Virus record (IMG/VR): IMGVR_UViG_3300014205_000212
Span: 10,107-74,106 of that record
DNA: 64,000 bases
From: a virus
Taxonomy: Duplodnaviria > Caudoviricetes
Reading direction: 5' to 3' (one strand)
The notes below the pieces were generated by a model. The model worked only from the letters and a program-made list of their open reading frames with translations, was not told where the DNA came from and searched no databases. Positions 7,829 to 17,081 of this stretch are shown in pieces (position 1 is the first letter of the stretch; each line of letters starts with the position of its first letter). The translations under genes were made by a program, and so were the position numbers.

Positions 7829-8254
7829 TATGCTGCTTTTTCTTCTATTCCATTAGATATTGAAGGTTCAAATTTAGAAAATACTGGTTGGATTCCTTCC
7901 GAAAATGATAAAAAGTATATGGATGGAAAAAACTATTTACTTGCTATTGAAGAAGCTAATTCCAAAAATGCTAAAGTAATATTTAAAAATGTATCTCTAC
8001 AATGGGATAGTTGTGATTGCGGAGATTATTATGGTTGTTCGCATGGGAATTATGTTTATGATATTGACATAATAAATGAAAATAAAAAAATTAACATAGA
8101 ATATACCGATGGAGATTCTCTGGAATTTTATAACAATGGGAAGTCCTGTAAGATTCCAACAGCAGGAGCAACTATTTTTGATTTTATAAGAATGTGTCAA
8201 ATTTGTGAAATTGAATTAGAGCTAACAGATTACGCAGAAACTCTTTTAAAGTAG
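7784..8254 (+). CDS. Cassette gene, hypothetical; starts inside E10
   Basis: TPNCINILLYAA is encoded by the right arm and box; closing box GTAGCATATAAT (8251-8262). Confidence 0.8.
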   Translation: MKINAETPNCINILLYAAFSSIPLDIEGSNLENTGWIPSENDKKYMDGKNYLLAIEEANSKNAKVIFKNVSLQWDSCDCGDYYGCSHGNYVYDIDIINENKKINIEYTDGDSLEFYNNGKSCKIPTAGATIFDFIRMCQICEIELELTDYAETLLK

Positions 8255-8258
8255 CATA

Positions 8259-8280
8259 TAATTTATTTATATGTGCATAA
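8259..8280 (+). other. Degenerate array-terminal site T2
   Basis: TAATttatttatatgtgcata resembles TAACtcgtttatatgtatag of T3. Confidence 0.4.
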
Positions 8281-8292
8281 AAAGTAATACTT

Positions 8293-8493
8293 TTGCATAC
8301 TAATCAATTGAAATATAGACTATTAAATAAAAGCATTAAATTAAGTAAAAACGAGTTGCATTACTTATATATTTTGAAATTTAAATACAAAATGAAAGTT
8401 AATCAATTTATCCGTGATGCTATCATCGAAAAATTAAAAAAAGATGTTCCAGTAATAAGAATAAATTTTAATAAAGAATATGAACCATTCTAA
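8293..8493 (+). CDS. Small ribbon-helix-helix-like DNA-binding protein (start uncertain, TTG)
   Basis: KSIKLSKNELHYLYILKFKYKMKVNQFIRDAIIEKL fits a strand-helix-helix pattern. Confidence 0.4.
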   Translation: MHTNQLKYRLLNKSIKLSKNELHYLYILKFKYKMKVNQFIRDAIIEKLKKDVPVIRINFNKEYEPF

Positions 8494-8503
8494 CTTATAC
8501 TAA

Positions 8504-8893
8504 ATGATAATAAAGATATGTTTAATAATATTATTTATTATGTGTAGTCTTTCTATTACTCATAATATGATAGTGTCTATTTATCCTGTTTATTTAAGTT
8601 TTAATGTTACTGTAACTATATATAATGCAGAATCAAATCAATGTGATGATACACCTCTTATTACAGCTTCTAATGATAAAATAAATGAAAATTCTATAAA
8701 TTGGATAGCTTTATCTAGAGATTTAAAAAAAAATTGTAGATTTGATGATACAATAGAACTATTTATAAATGGTAGGTATAAAAAATATATAGTTAAAGAC
8801 TTAATGAATAAGAGATGGACAAATAGAGTTGACATCTTAATTCATACTAAAAAACACTTTAAAGTAACTTCAGTTTTATATATAAAATTATAA
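8504..8893 (+). CDS. 3D-domain/RlpA-like double-psi barrel protein with N-terminal signal anchor (putative cell-wall enzyme)
   Basis: VTVTIYN..QCDDTPLITAS, WIALSRDL, YIVKDLM...RVDIL; hydrophobic N-terminus. Confidence 0.7.
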   Translation: MIIKICLIILFIMCSLSITHNMIVSIYPVYLSFNVTVTIYNAESNQCDDTPLITASNDKINENSINWIALSRDLKKNCRFDDTIELFINGRYKKYIVKDLMNKRWTNRVDILIHTKKHFKVTSVLYIKL

Positions 8894-8895
8894 TT

Positions 8896-8991
8896 ATGGA
8901 AACGTGGAAGATAATAACAATAATAATAGTAGTATCTATTATCTTTATTTTATGCTTTATGAAAGGTAAAAAAAGAGATGAAGAAGATTGA
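8896..8991 (+). CDS. 31-aa single-TM peptide (not in ORF track)
   Basis: METWKIITIIIVVSIIFILCFMKGKKRDEED*. Confidence 0.5.
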   Translation: METWKIITIIIVVSIIFILCFMKGKKRDEED

Positions 8992-8992
8992 T

Positions 8993-9070
8993 ATGATAAT
9001 AACTTTATTTTTTTTAATAATATGTCTAATTATATTAGGCTTATATGCTAATGGAATATTAATAAATTAA
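8993..9070 (+). CDS. 25-aa hydrophobic peptide (not in ORF track)
   Basis: MIITLFFLIICLIILGLYANGILIN*. Confidence 0.4.
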   Translation: MIITLFFLIICLIILGLYANGILIN

Positions 9071-9074
9071 AATT

Positions 9075-9275
9075 ATGGCATTAAATAAAATTACGACAAA
9101 ACCATCTAAACATAAGTTTTTTTATGTTGTTTTTAATATAAATGGAGATGTTATTGGAATAGCAGATTCTTTTGGTAAAGGATTATCTATTTATGAACAA
9201 CGGTATAATAATACACCTTCAGATTCTAGAAATAATATAATACCTTTTGAAATAAATAAATTTTATTATAAATAA
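9075..9275 (+). CDS. Hypothetical protein
   Basis: 66-aa ORF. Confidence 0.6.
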   Translation: MALNKITTKPSKHKFFYVVFNINGDVIGIADSFGKGLSIYEQRYNNTPSDSRNNIIPFEINKFYYK

Positions 9276-9280
9276 TAATT

Positions 9281-9430
9281 ATGGTAATTAAATTATTAGG
9301 AATATTATTTGTTATTATTTCTATATATATGATAAGTATTAGAATAAATTATAATGATTGGTTTGATACAATAGGATGGGTGTGTTCTTTTTTTTGGTGT
9401 GTTAATTCTACATTTTTACATAAATCTTAA
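9281..9430 (+). CDS. 49-aa two-TM peptide (not in ORF track)
   Basis: MVIKLLGILFVIISIYMISIRINYNDWFDTIGWVCSFFWCVNSTFLHKS*. Confidence 0.5.
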   Translation: MVIKLLGILFVIISIYMISIRINYNDWFDTIGWVCSFFWCVNSTFLHKS

Positions 9431-9737
9431 AACAATGAATTTTAATAGCTCAATTAGATGTATTTTACAAAAAGATAAAATAACACATCCTTTATTTCCT
9501 AAAGAAATAAAATATATATATTTAAATAACAATAATTTAGTTAATTCTTTAGGAGAACAAATTAATATTAGTGATTATATATTTAATGATGATAATTATC
9601 ATATATATTATTCTGAAATACTAACTAAAGAAGATGAAATATTATTAGTAGCAGTATTTTGGGAATTATTTCGAATAAATTCTAAATATATAGATAAATA
9701 TACTAATTTAATTGATAAATTAAGAATTAAAAATTAA
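9399..9737 (+). CDS. Hypothetical protein (true start probably the downstream ATG, MNFNSS)
   Basis: ORF track. Confidence 0.6.
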   Translation: MLILHFYINLKTMNFNSSIRCILQKDKITHPLFPKEIKYIYLNNNNLVNSLGEQINISDYIFNDDNYHIYYSEILTKEDEILLVAVFWELFRINSKYIDKYTNLIDKLRIKN

Positions 9738-9741
9738 AATT

Positions 9742-9954
9742 ATGGTAACAGGAATATTAGATGAAGACTATCTCAATGAAGAGAGATTAAAGGATCACAT
9801 TAAAGAATTAGAAGAATATGATAAGATAAGAGAGGAAAGAAATAATGCTTTAGAATTATATTGTGTAGAATGTGATAAATATATTCCAAAAGAAAAAGTT
9901 ATATGGAGAAATGATACTCCTTATTGTGAATGTGGTAATATATTAGAATTATGA
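9742..9954 (+). CDS. Zinc-ribbon protein
   Basis: CVEC...YCECG. Confidence 0.6.
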   Translation: MVTGILDEDYLNEERLKDHIKELEEYDKIREERNNALELYCVECDKYIPKEKVIWRNDTPYCECGNILEL

Positions 9955-10358
9955 TAGAAGAAGAAGCATTAGAAGAAATAATAAAGTTAGCAAATGGTAC
10001 ATCAGACCCTGCTACAATAAAGGCTTATTATAAACAACAATTCTTTAATGGAAAGAAGATGCTATTTGATGGTACTATCATTACAGCACTACTTATATTA
10101 GAAAAATACAAGGCTTACACAGATTATTGGGATTCTTCATTTGGAAATAAAAATCCTCAATATATAAAATCTGTAGATAAAAAAATGTCTATTTCTGATT
10201 TCTTAGTAAAAGGAGAATATAATAAAACATTTATTCTTCCGGCAAGAAATAGAGATATATATCTATTTGGTACTAATAGTCTTAATGAACTTAAAGTAAA
10301 ATTAATTAATTTTAATAAAAGACTTAATGAAAGAAAGAACACTTCCCGAGGGAACTAA
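9951..10358 (+). CDS. Hypothetical protein upstream of the helicase
   Basis: 135 aa, overlaps both neighbours. Confidence 0.65.
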   Translation: MIEEEALEEIIKLANGTSDPATIKAYYKQQFFNGKKMLFDGTIITALLILEKYKAYTDYWDSSFGNKNPQYIKSVDKKMSISDFLVKGEYNKTFILPARNRDIYLFGTNSLNELKVKLINFNKRLNERKNTSRGN

Positions 10359-11709
10359 AATACCACCTCATGATTTAAGAATAGAAGAAACTATATTAGG
10401 TCAGTTAATGATAGAAGTAAATAAAAATACTATTAATGCTATTAGCATCATTAATGAAGATGATTTTTATAAAGAATCACATAAATTAATTTATAGAACA
10501 ATATCTTTATTATATAAACGAGATAATGTTTGTAATTTCATTATTGTATGTCATGAATTAATGAAGATTCAAGCATTAGAAATAGTAGGTGGTAGTTATA
10601 TTATAAGTACTTTATCTTCTAATGTATCTTCTACTTTAAATGTTATTTATCATGCAAGAATTCTTAAACAGTTATCAATTGCTAGAAAATTAATTGCTAT
10701 TTCATATAATGTTCAAACTTCTGTATATGAAATGAAAGATGTAAAAGAGATAATAGATACTTTAAATAAAGACATTAATAATATCTATAAAGATGTTGAT
10801 AAAGAAGATTCTATTGTCTTAGCTTCTAAAGTATCTGATGAATTAATGAAAGATTTATTAAATGATAATTTTGTATTAAATAAAAAGAATACAGGATTTA
10901 AAATTTTAGATAAAATAATTGGTATTACATTAAATAAAATATTATTAGTTGCTGGTCCTGCAAAACATGGGAAAAGTAAGTTTATAAGTATGATAATGAT
11001 GAATATTTTAGAAAAATATTCTGATGTAAGTATATTTTGGATTACATTAGAAGATTCTGCTAAAGATATCATTGCCGGTTATATTGCTTCTAAAATTTTA
11101 ATTACTCCTAAAGACATCATTGAAAGAACATATTCTAAAGACTGTAATTCTATTATTAAACCTCATATAGAGAAGTTTAAAACCTTTGATATAGAATTCC
11201 AAGAAAAAAGTGCTAAAGTGTCTCAATTTGGCATTAAATTCATTGAATTCTGTAAAATGCGAAAAGGAAGATTTAATATTTTAATAATTGATAATATGCT
11301 TTCATTATCTGATAAAGATGATTTTAAAGGTAATGATAATGGAATGTATGATTATATTATGCTTCAGTTATTAAATATTAAACAAAGGACTAATGCTTTA
11401 ATAATTCCTATTCATCATTATAGAGATGCTCAACAAGCAGAAGGAAAGATAGAAAGTGCATATAGACCAAGATTAATAGACATGAAAGGAACAGAAGCTT
11501 TTAGAAGAGTTCCTAATCAAGTATTACTATTAAATAATCCGGGAAAATATAAAGATTTAGTTATAGAATATAAAGGTCATAAAGACTTACTAAAGAGTAT
11601 CTTTATATGTGATACTGGTGCTAATAGGAATGCTTCCGATGATGATGATAGTGCTTTAATAAGATTCTTTCACACACTAGAATTTAATATTTTTGAAGAA
11701 ATAAATTAA
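10327..11709 (+). CDS. dnaB: Replicative DNA helicase, DnaB family
   Basis: N-terminal PPHDLRIEETILG, Walker A AGPAKHGKS, LIIDN Walker B region. Confidence 0.92.
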   Translation: MKERTLPEGTKIPPHDLRIEETILGQLMIEVNKNTINAISIINEDDFYKESHKLIYRTISLLYKRDNVCNFIIVCHELMKIQALEIVGGSYIISTLSSNVSSTLNVIYHARILKQLSIARKLIAISYNVQTSVYEMKDVKEIIDTLNKDINNIYKDVDKEDSIVLASKVSDELMKDLLNDNFVLNKKNTGFKILDKIIGITLNKILLVAGPAKHGKSKFISMIMMNILEKYSDVSIFWITLEDSAKDIIAGYIASKILITPKDIIERTYSKDCNSIIKPHIEKFKTFDIEFQEKSAKVSQFGIKFIEFCKMRKGRFNILIIDNMLSLSDKDDFKGNDNGMYDYIMLQLLNIKQRTNALIIPIHHYRDAQQAEGKIESAYRPRLIDMKGTEAFRRVPNQVLLLNNPGKYKDLVIEYKGHKDLLKSIFICDTGANRNASDDDDSALIRFFHTLEFNIFEEIN

Positions 11710-11733
11710 CGGTGAGCGTATGAAATCGTGTTA
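11707..11733 (+). repeat. Collapsed attC-like site E11
   Basis: TAACggtgagcgTATGaaatcgtGTTA; its TAA is the DnaB stop codon. Confidence 0.75.
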
Positions 11734-11776
11734 GTTGCAGCCTTTTATTTAGTAATTAATTTTTAAAAACAAAAAT

Positions 11777-12124
11777 ATGAAAGTAACATTAAACATTGAA
11801 AACGATGCCGAAATGAGAGCATACGTTAAAGATTGCATTAAAGGACAAGTATTGTCAATTGTTCGTGAAGAAATGCAAGAAATGATTAAAGAAGAGTTGA
11901 ACCGAAAAATAAAAGGGTTGAACGATTCCAATTTTCAGCGGATATTTACAGATGCGATGGTGAAGAATGTAAAAGACATTTTACAAGCAAATCACAATGT
12001 GAAAAGCTGGGATAATAATTGGATTAAACCTATTATAGCTTCTTTAATGGAGCAATATGTAAAGCAAAACGAATCGTTAATTAATCAACTTGCAAAAGAG
12101 AAGGTTAAGTTGCTGGTTGGTTAG
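11777..12124 (+). CDS. Cassette gene, hypothetical
   Basis: Between GTTAGTTGCAGCC (11730) and GGTTGCAACTAAC (12124-12136). Confidence 0.8.
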   Translation: MKVTLNIENDAEMRAYVKDCIKGQVLSIVREEMQEMIKEELNRKIKGLNDSNFQRIFTDAMVKNVKDILQANHNVKSWDNNWIKPIIASLMEQYVKQNESLINQLAKEKVKLLVG

Positions 12125-12132
12125 GTTGCAAC

Positions 12133-12338
12133 TAACGGCTGCGGGTGTGACATCGGTTTTTTTGCGGATTAACAACTAAAATTTAAAAATATGGTACAGA
12201 TAGTAGAACAGACAAAGGAAGAAAAAATGGCAATGTATATGAAATTGTCTAAGAAGCAAATAGCAGAAATGCTTATTAATTGCAATAACATTATAACAGC
12301 ACTAACGCAAGCAAAAAACTGTGTTATACCTGCTGTTA
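12133..12338 (+). repeat. attC-like hairpin site E12 (206 nt, long loop containing a gene start)
   Basis: TAACggct-gcgggtgtgacatcggtttttttgc pairs with gcaaaaaactgtgttatacctgc-tGTTA. Confidence 0.88.
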
Positions 12339-12436
12339 TGGGTGAGTTAACTTGCGATAGTTGCGGTTGCCATCCAAATACAATATATCAAACAAGCAAG
12401 GGTCGGTTTTGTGAACGGTGCAATCCAGCAAGTTAA
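12191..12436 (+). CDS. Cassette gene with C-terminal CxxC...CxxC; starts inside E12
   Basis: CVIPAVMGE is encoded by the right arm; CDSC...CERC. Confidence 0.7.
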   Translation: MVQIVEQTKEEKMAMYMKLSKKQIAEMLINCNNIITALTQAKNCVIPAVMGELTCDSCGCHPNTIYQTSKGRFCERCNPAS

Positions 12437-12443
12437 TTACCCA

Positions 12444-12565
12444 TAATGGCTGCGGGTTTGAAATGTAAGGGATTTCAGAACGCTTCCGTATCACACGAGA
12501 TAAATTAACTTAGTAGTAACCAGCTTTACAACAGATAAAACCCTTATATTTTAAACCCGTTGTTA
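12444..12565 (+). repeat. attC-like hairpin site E13 (122 nt, TAAT variant)
   Basis: TAATggctg-cgggtttgaaatgtaaggg pairs with cccttatattttaaacccg-ttGTTA. Confidence 0.88.
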
Positions 12566-12583
12566 GGCACAGTACGGTAAATT

Positions 12584-12748
12584 ATGATACAATATAAAAC
12601 GAAGCAATTAATTCAAGTTCCTTGTAAAAATAAACTTACAGGTAGCATTGAAACATTTGAGATAATGGCTTATGATTTTTCAGATGCTAAAAAGGAACTT
12701 GAATGGGTTTTAGATTTACGATGGATAATTGGTTATGGTTCAATGTAG
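12584..12748 (+). CDS. 54-aa cassette gene (not in ORF track)
   Basis: MIQYKTKQLIQVPCKNKLTGSIETFEIMAYDFSDAKKELEWVLDLRWIIGYGSM*; it fills the space between matched boxes at 12562 and 12748-12761. Confidence 0.7.
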   Translation: MIQYKTKQLIQVPCKNKLTGSIETFEIMAYDFSDAKKELEWVLDLRWIIGYGSM

Positions 12749-12757
12749 TATTGTGCC

Positions 12758-12882
12758 TAACGGTTCGTGTATGACCCGTTTGGGATTAAATAGTACAAAC
12801 TTTCAAAATGGAACAAATGAATATAAATGACTTAGACTTTCAGCAAACTACCGAACCCCAAATGGGTTATGACACGGTGTTA
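12758..12882 (+). repeat. attC-like hairpin site E14 (125 nt)
   Basis: TAACggtt-cgtgtatgacccgtttggg pairs with cccaaatgggttatGacacg-gtGTTA, leaving one extrahelical G on the right arm. Confidence 0.92.
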
Positions 12883-13050
12883 TCGGCAGGTATTTGTGAT
12901 ACTTGTTCTATTCCTAAAATGATGAATACAGGCGATGGTATAAATGAACCATCTGACCCTATTCTTTATTGTCATAAAATGAAACGTGAAATATGTCCAG
13001 AACCACCAGAGGATAGGATGGTCGAATGTCGGTTTTATACTTGCCGATAA
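12808..13050 (+). CDS. Cys-rich cassette gene; starts inside E14
   Basis: PQMGYDTVLSAG is encoded by the right arm; the stop is the TAA of TAAC 13048. Confidence 0.7.
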   Translation: MEQMNINDLDFQQTTEPQMGYDTVLSAGICDTCSIPKMMNTGDGINEPSDPILYCHKMKREICPEPPEDRMVECRFYTCR

Positions 13051-13153
13051 CTCGTTTATATGTATAGTTCAAAAAAATGAAGTAGTCTATATATTAAATA
13101 GTTATATGTTTTATTGTATTCATTTTATATAATTATACTTCAATTTATTGAAA
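13048..13153 (+). other. Array-terminal conserved site T3 with downstream imperfect inverted repeat
   Basis: TAACtcgtttatatgtatagttcaaaaaaatgaagta; inverted copy tacttcaatttattgaaa at 13136-13153. Confidence 0.75.
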
Positions 13154-13196
13154 TAATAGTAAATTAATAAATAATAGTAAACTAATAAATAATAAA

Positions 13197-13565
13197 ATGA
13201 AATATAAAGATTATGAAGGATTTACAAAAACATATGTTATTGTTTATGTAACAGGAACAGGATGTATGGAAGATAATTTTATTGACCATGATGTTGTTTT
13301 TGAAACAGACAACAAAGATGAAGCAGAATCAAAAGCAAATGAGTTAAAAATACACAATAACTCACCTGCTGATATAGAATCAACCTGGTATAGAAATAGA
13401 TACCATGTAAATATTAATACACTTTCAGAAATGGGTAAAAAATTACTTGAAGAGTTTCGAAATGATTTTAATAAAACATTACAAAAAGGTTTAAAAGAAG
13501 GTATATATGATAAAGTTGAAGTTGACGATATAACTTTTTATATGGATAATAGACGTAAATTTTAA
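13197..13565 (+). CDS. Hypothetical protein
   Basis: 122-aa ORF. Confidence 0.75.
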   Translation: MKYKDYEGFTKTYVIVYVTGTGCMEDNFIDHDVVFETDNKDEAESKANELKIHNNSPADIESTWYRNRYHVNINTLSEMGKKLLEEFRNDFNKTLQKGLKEGIYDKVEVDDITFYMDNRRKF

Positions 13566-13583
13566 TAACTAATAAATAATAAT

Positions 13584-15026
13584 ATGGAAATAATAATTGA
13601 AATACAAAATTTAGGATTACTTAAAGATTTTAAAGCAGAATTTAAGTCAGGTAATCTCTATTACATACAAGGAAGTAATGGACAAGGTAAGACAACTCTT
13701 TTAAAGGCTATAGAGACATTATCTACAGGTATAGTACCTAAAGGAGATAACTTAACTAAAGGAGAGACTAATGGGTCTGTAAAAGGAACATATGAACTTG
13801 ATGGTGCTAATGGTGTTAAATATAAAGTTATATGGAACCTTACAGAAAAAACTAACACATTTACAATAATAGATCCTTCAACTAATGTTCTTAAATCTAC
13901 TTCAAGAAATAATGTTATAGCAGATATTTTTAAATATAATTCTTTTACTGTTGATGAATGGTTTGCTTGGGGATTAACTGCTGAAGGAAGAAGAAAGCAA
14001 TGTGATATATTATTAAATTTATTACCGGAAGAAGCTAAACAAGAATATTTAAAAATAGATTCGGAGATAAATGAACAAGTAGGAACTCTTTATATTAAAA
14101 GAACTACAGAAAATAAAGAATATGATAAGATTAAAGCTGTAGTAGATTCTAATAAATTATCAGAAGATGAAGAGAAATTATTATTAGAAAAAGATAAAAT
14201 AAATAAAGATTCCGAAGAAATAAATAAAAAATATGAATCAGCTTTATCTAATGATAGAACTACTTTAGAAACAGAACTATCTACATTAAAAGAAAGTCAA
14301 GAGACTAAATTATCTCAGAAGAATAAAGATATTCTATCTGAAGATACATCAATATTAGAACAACAAACTTTAATTAAAGAATATGAAGAGAAGATAAAGA
14401 CAGCTAATAAGAAGATTGAAGAATGTAATAATAAAAAGAAAATATCTATCGATATATTTAAATTAGATATAGCTAAAATAGCAAATAGAAAGATAGAAAT
14501 TGACGAAGCATTATCTAAACTTATTGTAGTAGATATAGAAACAATAAAAAAAGAAAAATCAGAAATAGATACTAAGATAACTAATATTACTTTAGCAGAA
14601 AATAAGAAGAATAATAATATTACTAATAATAAGAATCTGCAAACTAAATTTGATATTATAGAAGATCTAAATAAAACTATAGAAGATAAAAGAAAGAGGA
14701 AGAAAACTATCATCGAAGAAAATAAACTTCCTTCTGATTTGATTATCATAGAAAATGGAGAGGTGTTTTATAAAGTTAAAGATGGTAAAGTTCCATTTAT
14801 AGAATCTAATGTATCTTATTCAGAAGGAGGAATGATAGTTGCTAATTTGATGGCTAAAATCAATAAAACATTACCTATATGGTTAATAGGTAAAGCAAGT
14901 GAATATGATAATGATAGAATAAAAGAATTTGTTAAACTTGCTAAAGATAATAATGGAATTATTATCGCTGATAGAGTTATTGAAGAAGCAAACACACCAT
15001 TGACTATTAAATGTATTGAAAATTAA
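13584..15026 (+). CDS. SMC/SbcC/RecN-like ABC-type ATPase with long coiled coil
   Basis: Walker A QGSNGQGKTT, central K/E-rich coiled coil, degenerate signature SYSEGG. Confidence 0.8.
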   Translation: MEIIIEIQNLGLLKDFKAEFKSGNLYYIQGSNGQGKTTLLKAIETLSTGIVPKGDNLTKGETNGSVKGTYELDGANGVKYKVIWNLTEKTNTFTIIDPSTNVLKSTSRNNVIADIFKYNSFTVDEWFAWGLTAEGRRKQCDILLNLLPEEAKQEYLKIDSEINEQVGTLYIKRTTENKEYDKIKAVVDSNKLSEDEEKLLLEKDKINKDSEEINKKYESALSNDRTTLETELSTLKESQETKLSQKNKDILSEDTSILEQQTLIKEYEEKIKTANKKIEECNNKKKISIDIFKLDIAKIANRKIEIDEALSKLIVVDIETIKKEKSEIDTKITNITLAENKKNNNITNNKNLQTKFDIIEDLNKTIEDKRKRKKTIIEENKLPSDLIIIENGEVFYKVKDGKVPFIESNVSYSEGGMIVANLMAKINKTLPIWLIGKASEYDNDRIKEFVKLAKDNNGIIIADRVIEEANTPLTIKCIEN

Positions 15027-15050
15027 TTATTAACTTAAATAAATTAAATT

Positions 15051-15707
15051 ATGCCACTAGTTGATCAAAGTAGTAGAAACACCATCTACTTAACATTTAA
15101 AAATCTTAGAAAGCCTGATGAAGCACCTTATATAGAAGCTTATCATGGTCCGGAAAACATTACAAAGCATATGGCTATAGTAGGAGAACTAGTTAAAATT
15201 AATTTTGGAGAAGGAGAATATGAAAAAAAGAAATTTCCAACTGTTGAATTAATATTAAAAGATGAAGATACCACATATAAATTAAGATGTGGTATGGGTA
15301 AATGGACAGGAATAATGAGAACATTACTTAATAGTCTATTATCTTTAGAATCTTACGATAATCTTAATATAGCAATATTTGGAAAGAAAGATGAATGGAA
15401 GAATGTATCAGTAAAACAAAATGATGAAAAAGTAGATTGGTTCCTTTCTTTAGATGAACAAAAAGAATTTAAAGAAACAGTTACTTTTAAAGGAGAAACA
15501 CAGACTGATTATACCAAGTTAGAAAATAAATTAAAAGAACTATGTGAAAGTAAGATTAATGCTATATTAAGCATTACACATAAAAATGAACCTAAACCTT
15601 CTGAATCTATTCCTAAATTAGATATTCCTAACGAAGAACATGAACAGAAAGAAAGTATATCTAATGATTTACCTGATTTTAATACTGAAGATGAATTACC
15701 ATTTTAA
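15051..15707 (+). CDS. Putative single-stranded DNA-binding protein
   Basis: Acidic tail ending NTEDELPF; sits in the recombination cluster. Confidence 0.5.
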   Translation: MPLVDQSSRNTIYLTFKNLRKPDEAPYIEAYHGPENITKHMAIVGELVKINFGEGEYEKKKFPTVELILKDEDTTYKLRCGMGKWTGIMRTLLNSLLSLESYDNLNIAIFGKKDEWKNVSVKQNDEKVDWFLSLDEQKEFKETVTFKGETQTDYTKLENKLKELCESKINAILSITHKNEPKPSESIPKLDIPNEEHEQKESISNDLPDFNTEDELPF

Positions 15708-15718
15708 ATAAATAAATT

Positions 15719-16000
15719 ATGAATTTTGATAACAGTTCAGCTCGCGAAGTGGCTATAGAATGTGCAATTACATTTGCTAAACATAAGAAGTTAACACCTT
15801 CATTAGATGATATAATAAAAATAGCAGAAGTAGTATTTGTAAAGTGGATTAATCCACAATCTATAAAAGATTATAATATGCATAGAAATGCTGCATTAAA
15901 AAGAGCATTGATGCATTTAGATATCTCTAAAGAACCTATTGAATCAACTAAAGACATTTTAGTCTTAGCAGATAAATATTGGGAATATATAACTAAATAG
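15719..16000 (+). CDS. Hypothetical protein with an internal two-repeat pattern
   Basis: R.VA...A....DDIIKIAE and RNAALKRAL....DILVLAD. Confidence 0.65.
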   Translation: MNFDNSSAREVAIECAITFAKHKKLTPSLDDIIKIAEVVFVKWINPQSIKDYNMHRNAALKRALMHLDISKEPIESTKDILVLADKYWEYITK

Positions 16001-16002
16001 AT

Positions 16003-17064
16003 ATGCCATTAATAGATTTTAATGAAAGTAATATTTCAAAAGAATCTTTACCGGAGAAAAAGAAACATCTACAGGAAAATCTTGTAGATGTTTCTAATAT
16101 CCTTCCTAAAGAGAATATTACTAAATCGAACATAAAAGATTATTATAGGAAAAAAGGGTTTATATTAATAAGTCAATCTCTTATTACAAAACTAATTGAT
16201 AAAAGACAAGAAGAAGTTATTTTCTGTCCTAGATATATACATGAATCATATATATTAAAATCAATTGATACTATAGCTACAGAACCTATGCAAGGAGGTA
16301 GTTATTTTGAAACAGGATGTCTTGGTAGTGGAGTAGGAGGAAAAAAGACTATTGACCTTCCTAGAAAGGTTTTAAGTAAAGCTAAGATAGCTCAACTTAT
16401 TGCCGAAGGAAAACCTTTAATAGGAGAAAAGAAAATTGACCAACTTAGAATAGATATACAAATCGAAAGATTTAAACTAAGATGTCAAGAACTAGGTATA
16501 AACATTATTCCAGATGTTAATACACAAATACCTATTATAAAAACTTATGATAATAAGTATCTTGTTTCCGGAGAATTAGATATATTTCCTACAACTATTA
16601 TGTATGAGAACTGCATTAGAGCAGCTATAATAGATTTAAAACTATCAGGTGATGTAAATAATACAAGTGGTCATTATTGTTGGGGAACACCTCAATATAT
16701 GGATCCTATTCAAGGTGACATGTATCATTATCTAATAAGAGATATAGATTTTAATCTTAATCCTCATCTTAAAGAAATAATAAATCAAGGATTAATAGAT
16801 GCTATAAAATTAAATCAAGTACTATTTCTATATTGGATATTTGGTAAGAAAGAACCTTTACATAACCAAGAGAAGTTTGTAGAAAGAGAATATAATCCTA
16901 TGAATATTCAAGAATTGAAAGAAAGGATTAGAAAGACTATCTATATAATAGAAAGAGAAGAACAGTTTGGATGGATAGAAAATCCATGCGATAATTGCAA
17001 TAACTGTGCATTAAATAAATCCTATGGTGGAGAATGTCAATCATCAATAATAAGAAAAGTTTAA
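16003..17064 (+). CDS. PD-(D/E)XK (Cas4/AddB-like) exonuclease
   Basis: SGELDIF...IIDLKLSG, Q...Y helix, C-terminal CDNCNNC...C cluster. Confidence 0.75.
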   Translation: MPLIDFNESNISKESLPEKKKHLQENLVDVSNILPKENITKSNIKDYYRKKGFILISQSLITKLIDKRQEEVIFCPRYIHESYILKSIDTIATEPMQGGSYFETGCLGSGVGGKKTIDLPRKVLSKAKIAQLIAEGKPLIGEKKIDQLRIDIQIERFKLRCQELGINIIPDVNTQIPIIKTYDNKYLVSGELDIFPTTIMYENCIRAAIIDLKLSGDVNNTSGHYCWGTPQYMDPIQGDMYHYLIRDIDFNLNPHLKEIINQGLIDAIKLNQVLFLYWIFGKKEPLHNQEKFVEREYNPMNIQELKERIRKTIYIIEREEQFGWIENPCDNCNNCALNKSYGGECQSSIIRKV

Positions 17065-17081
17065 TTAAATAAATAAAAATT

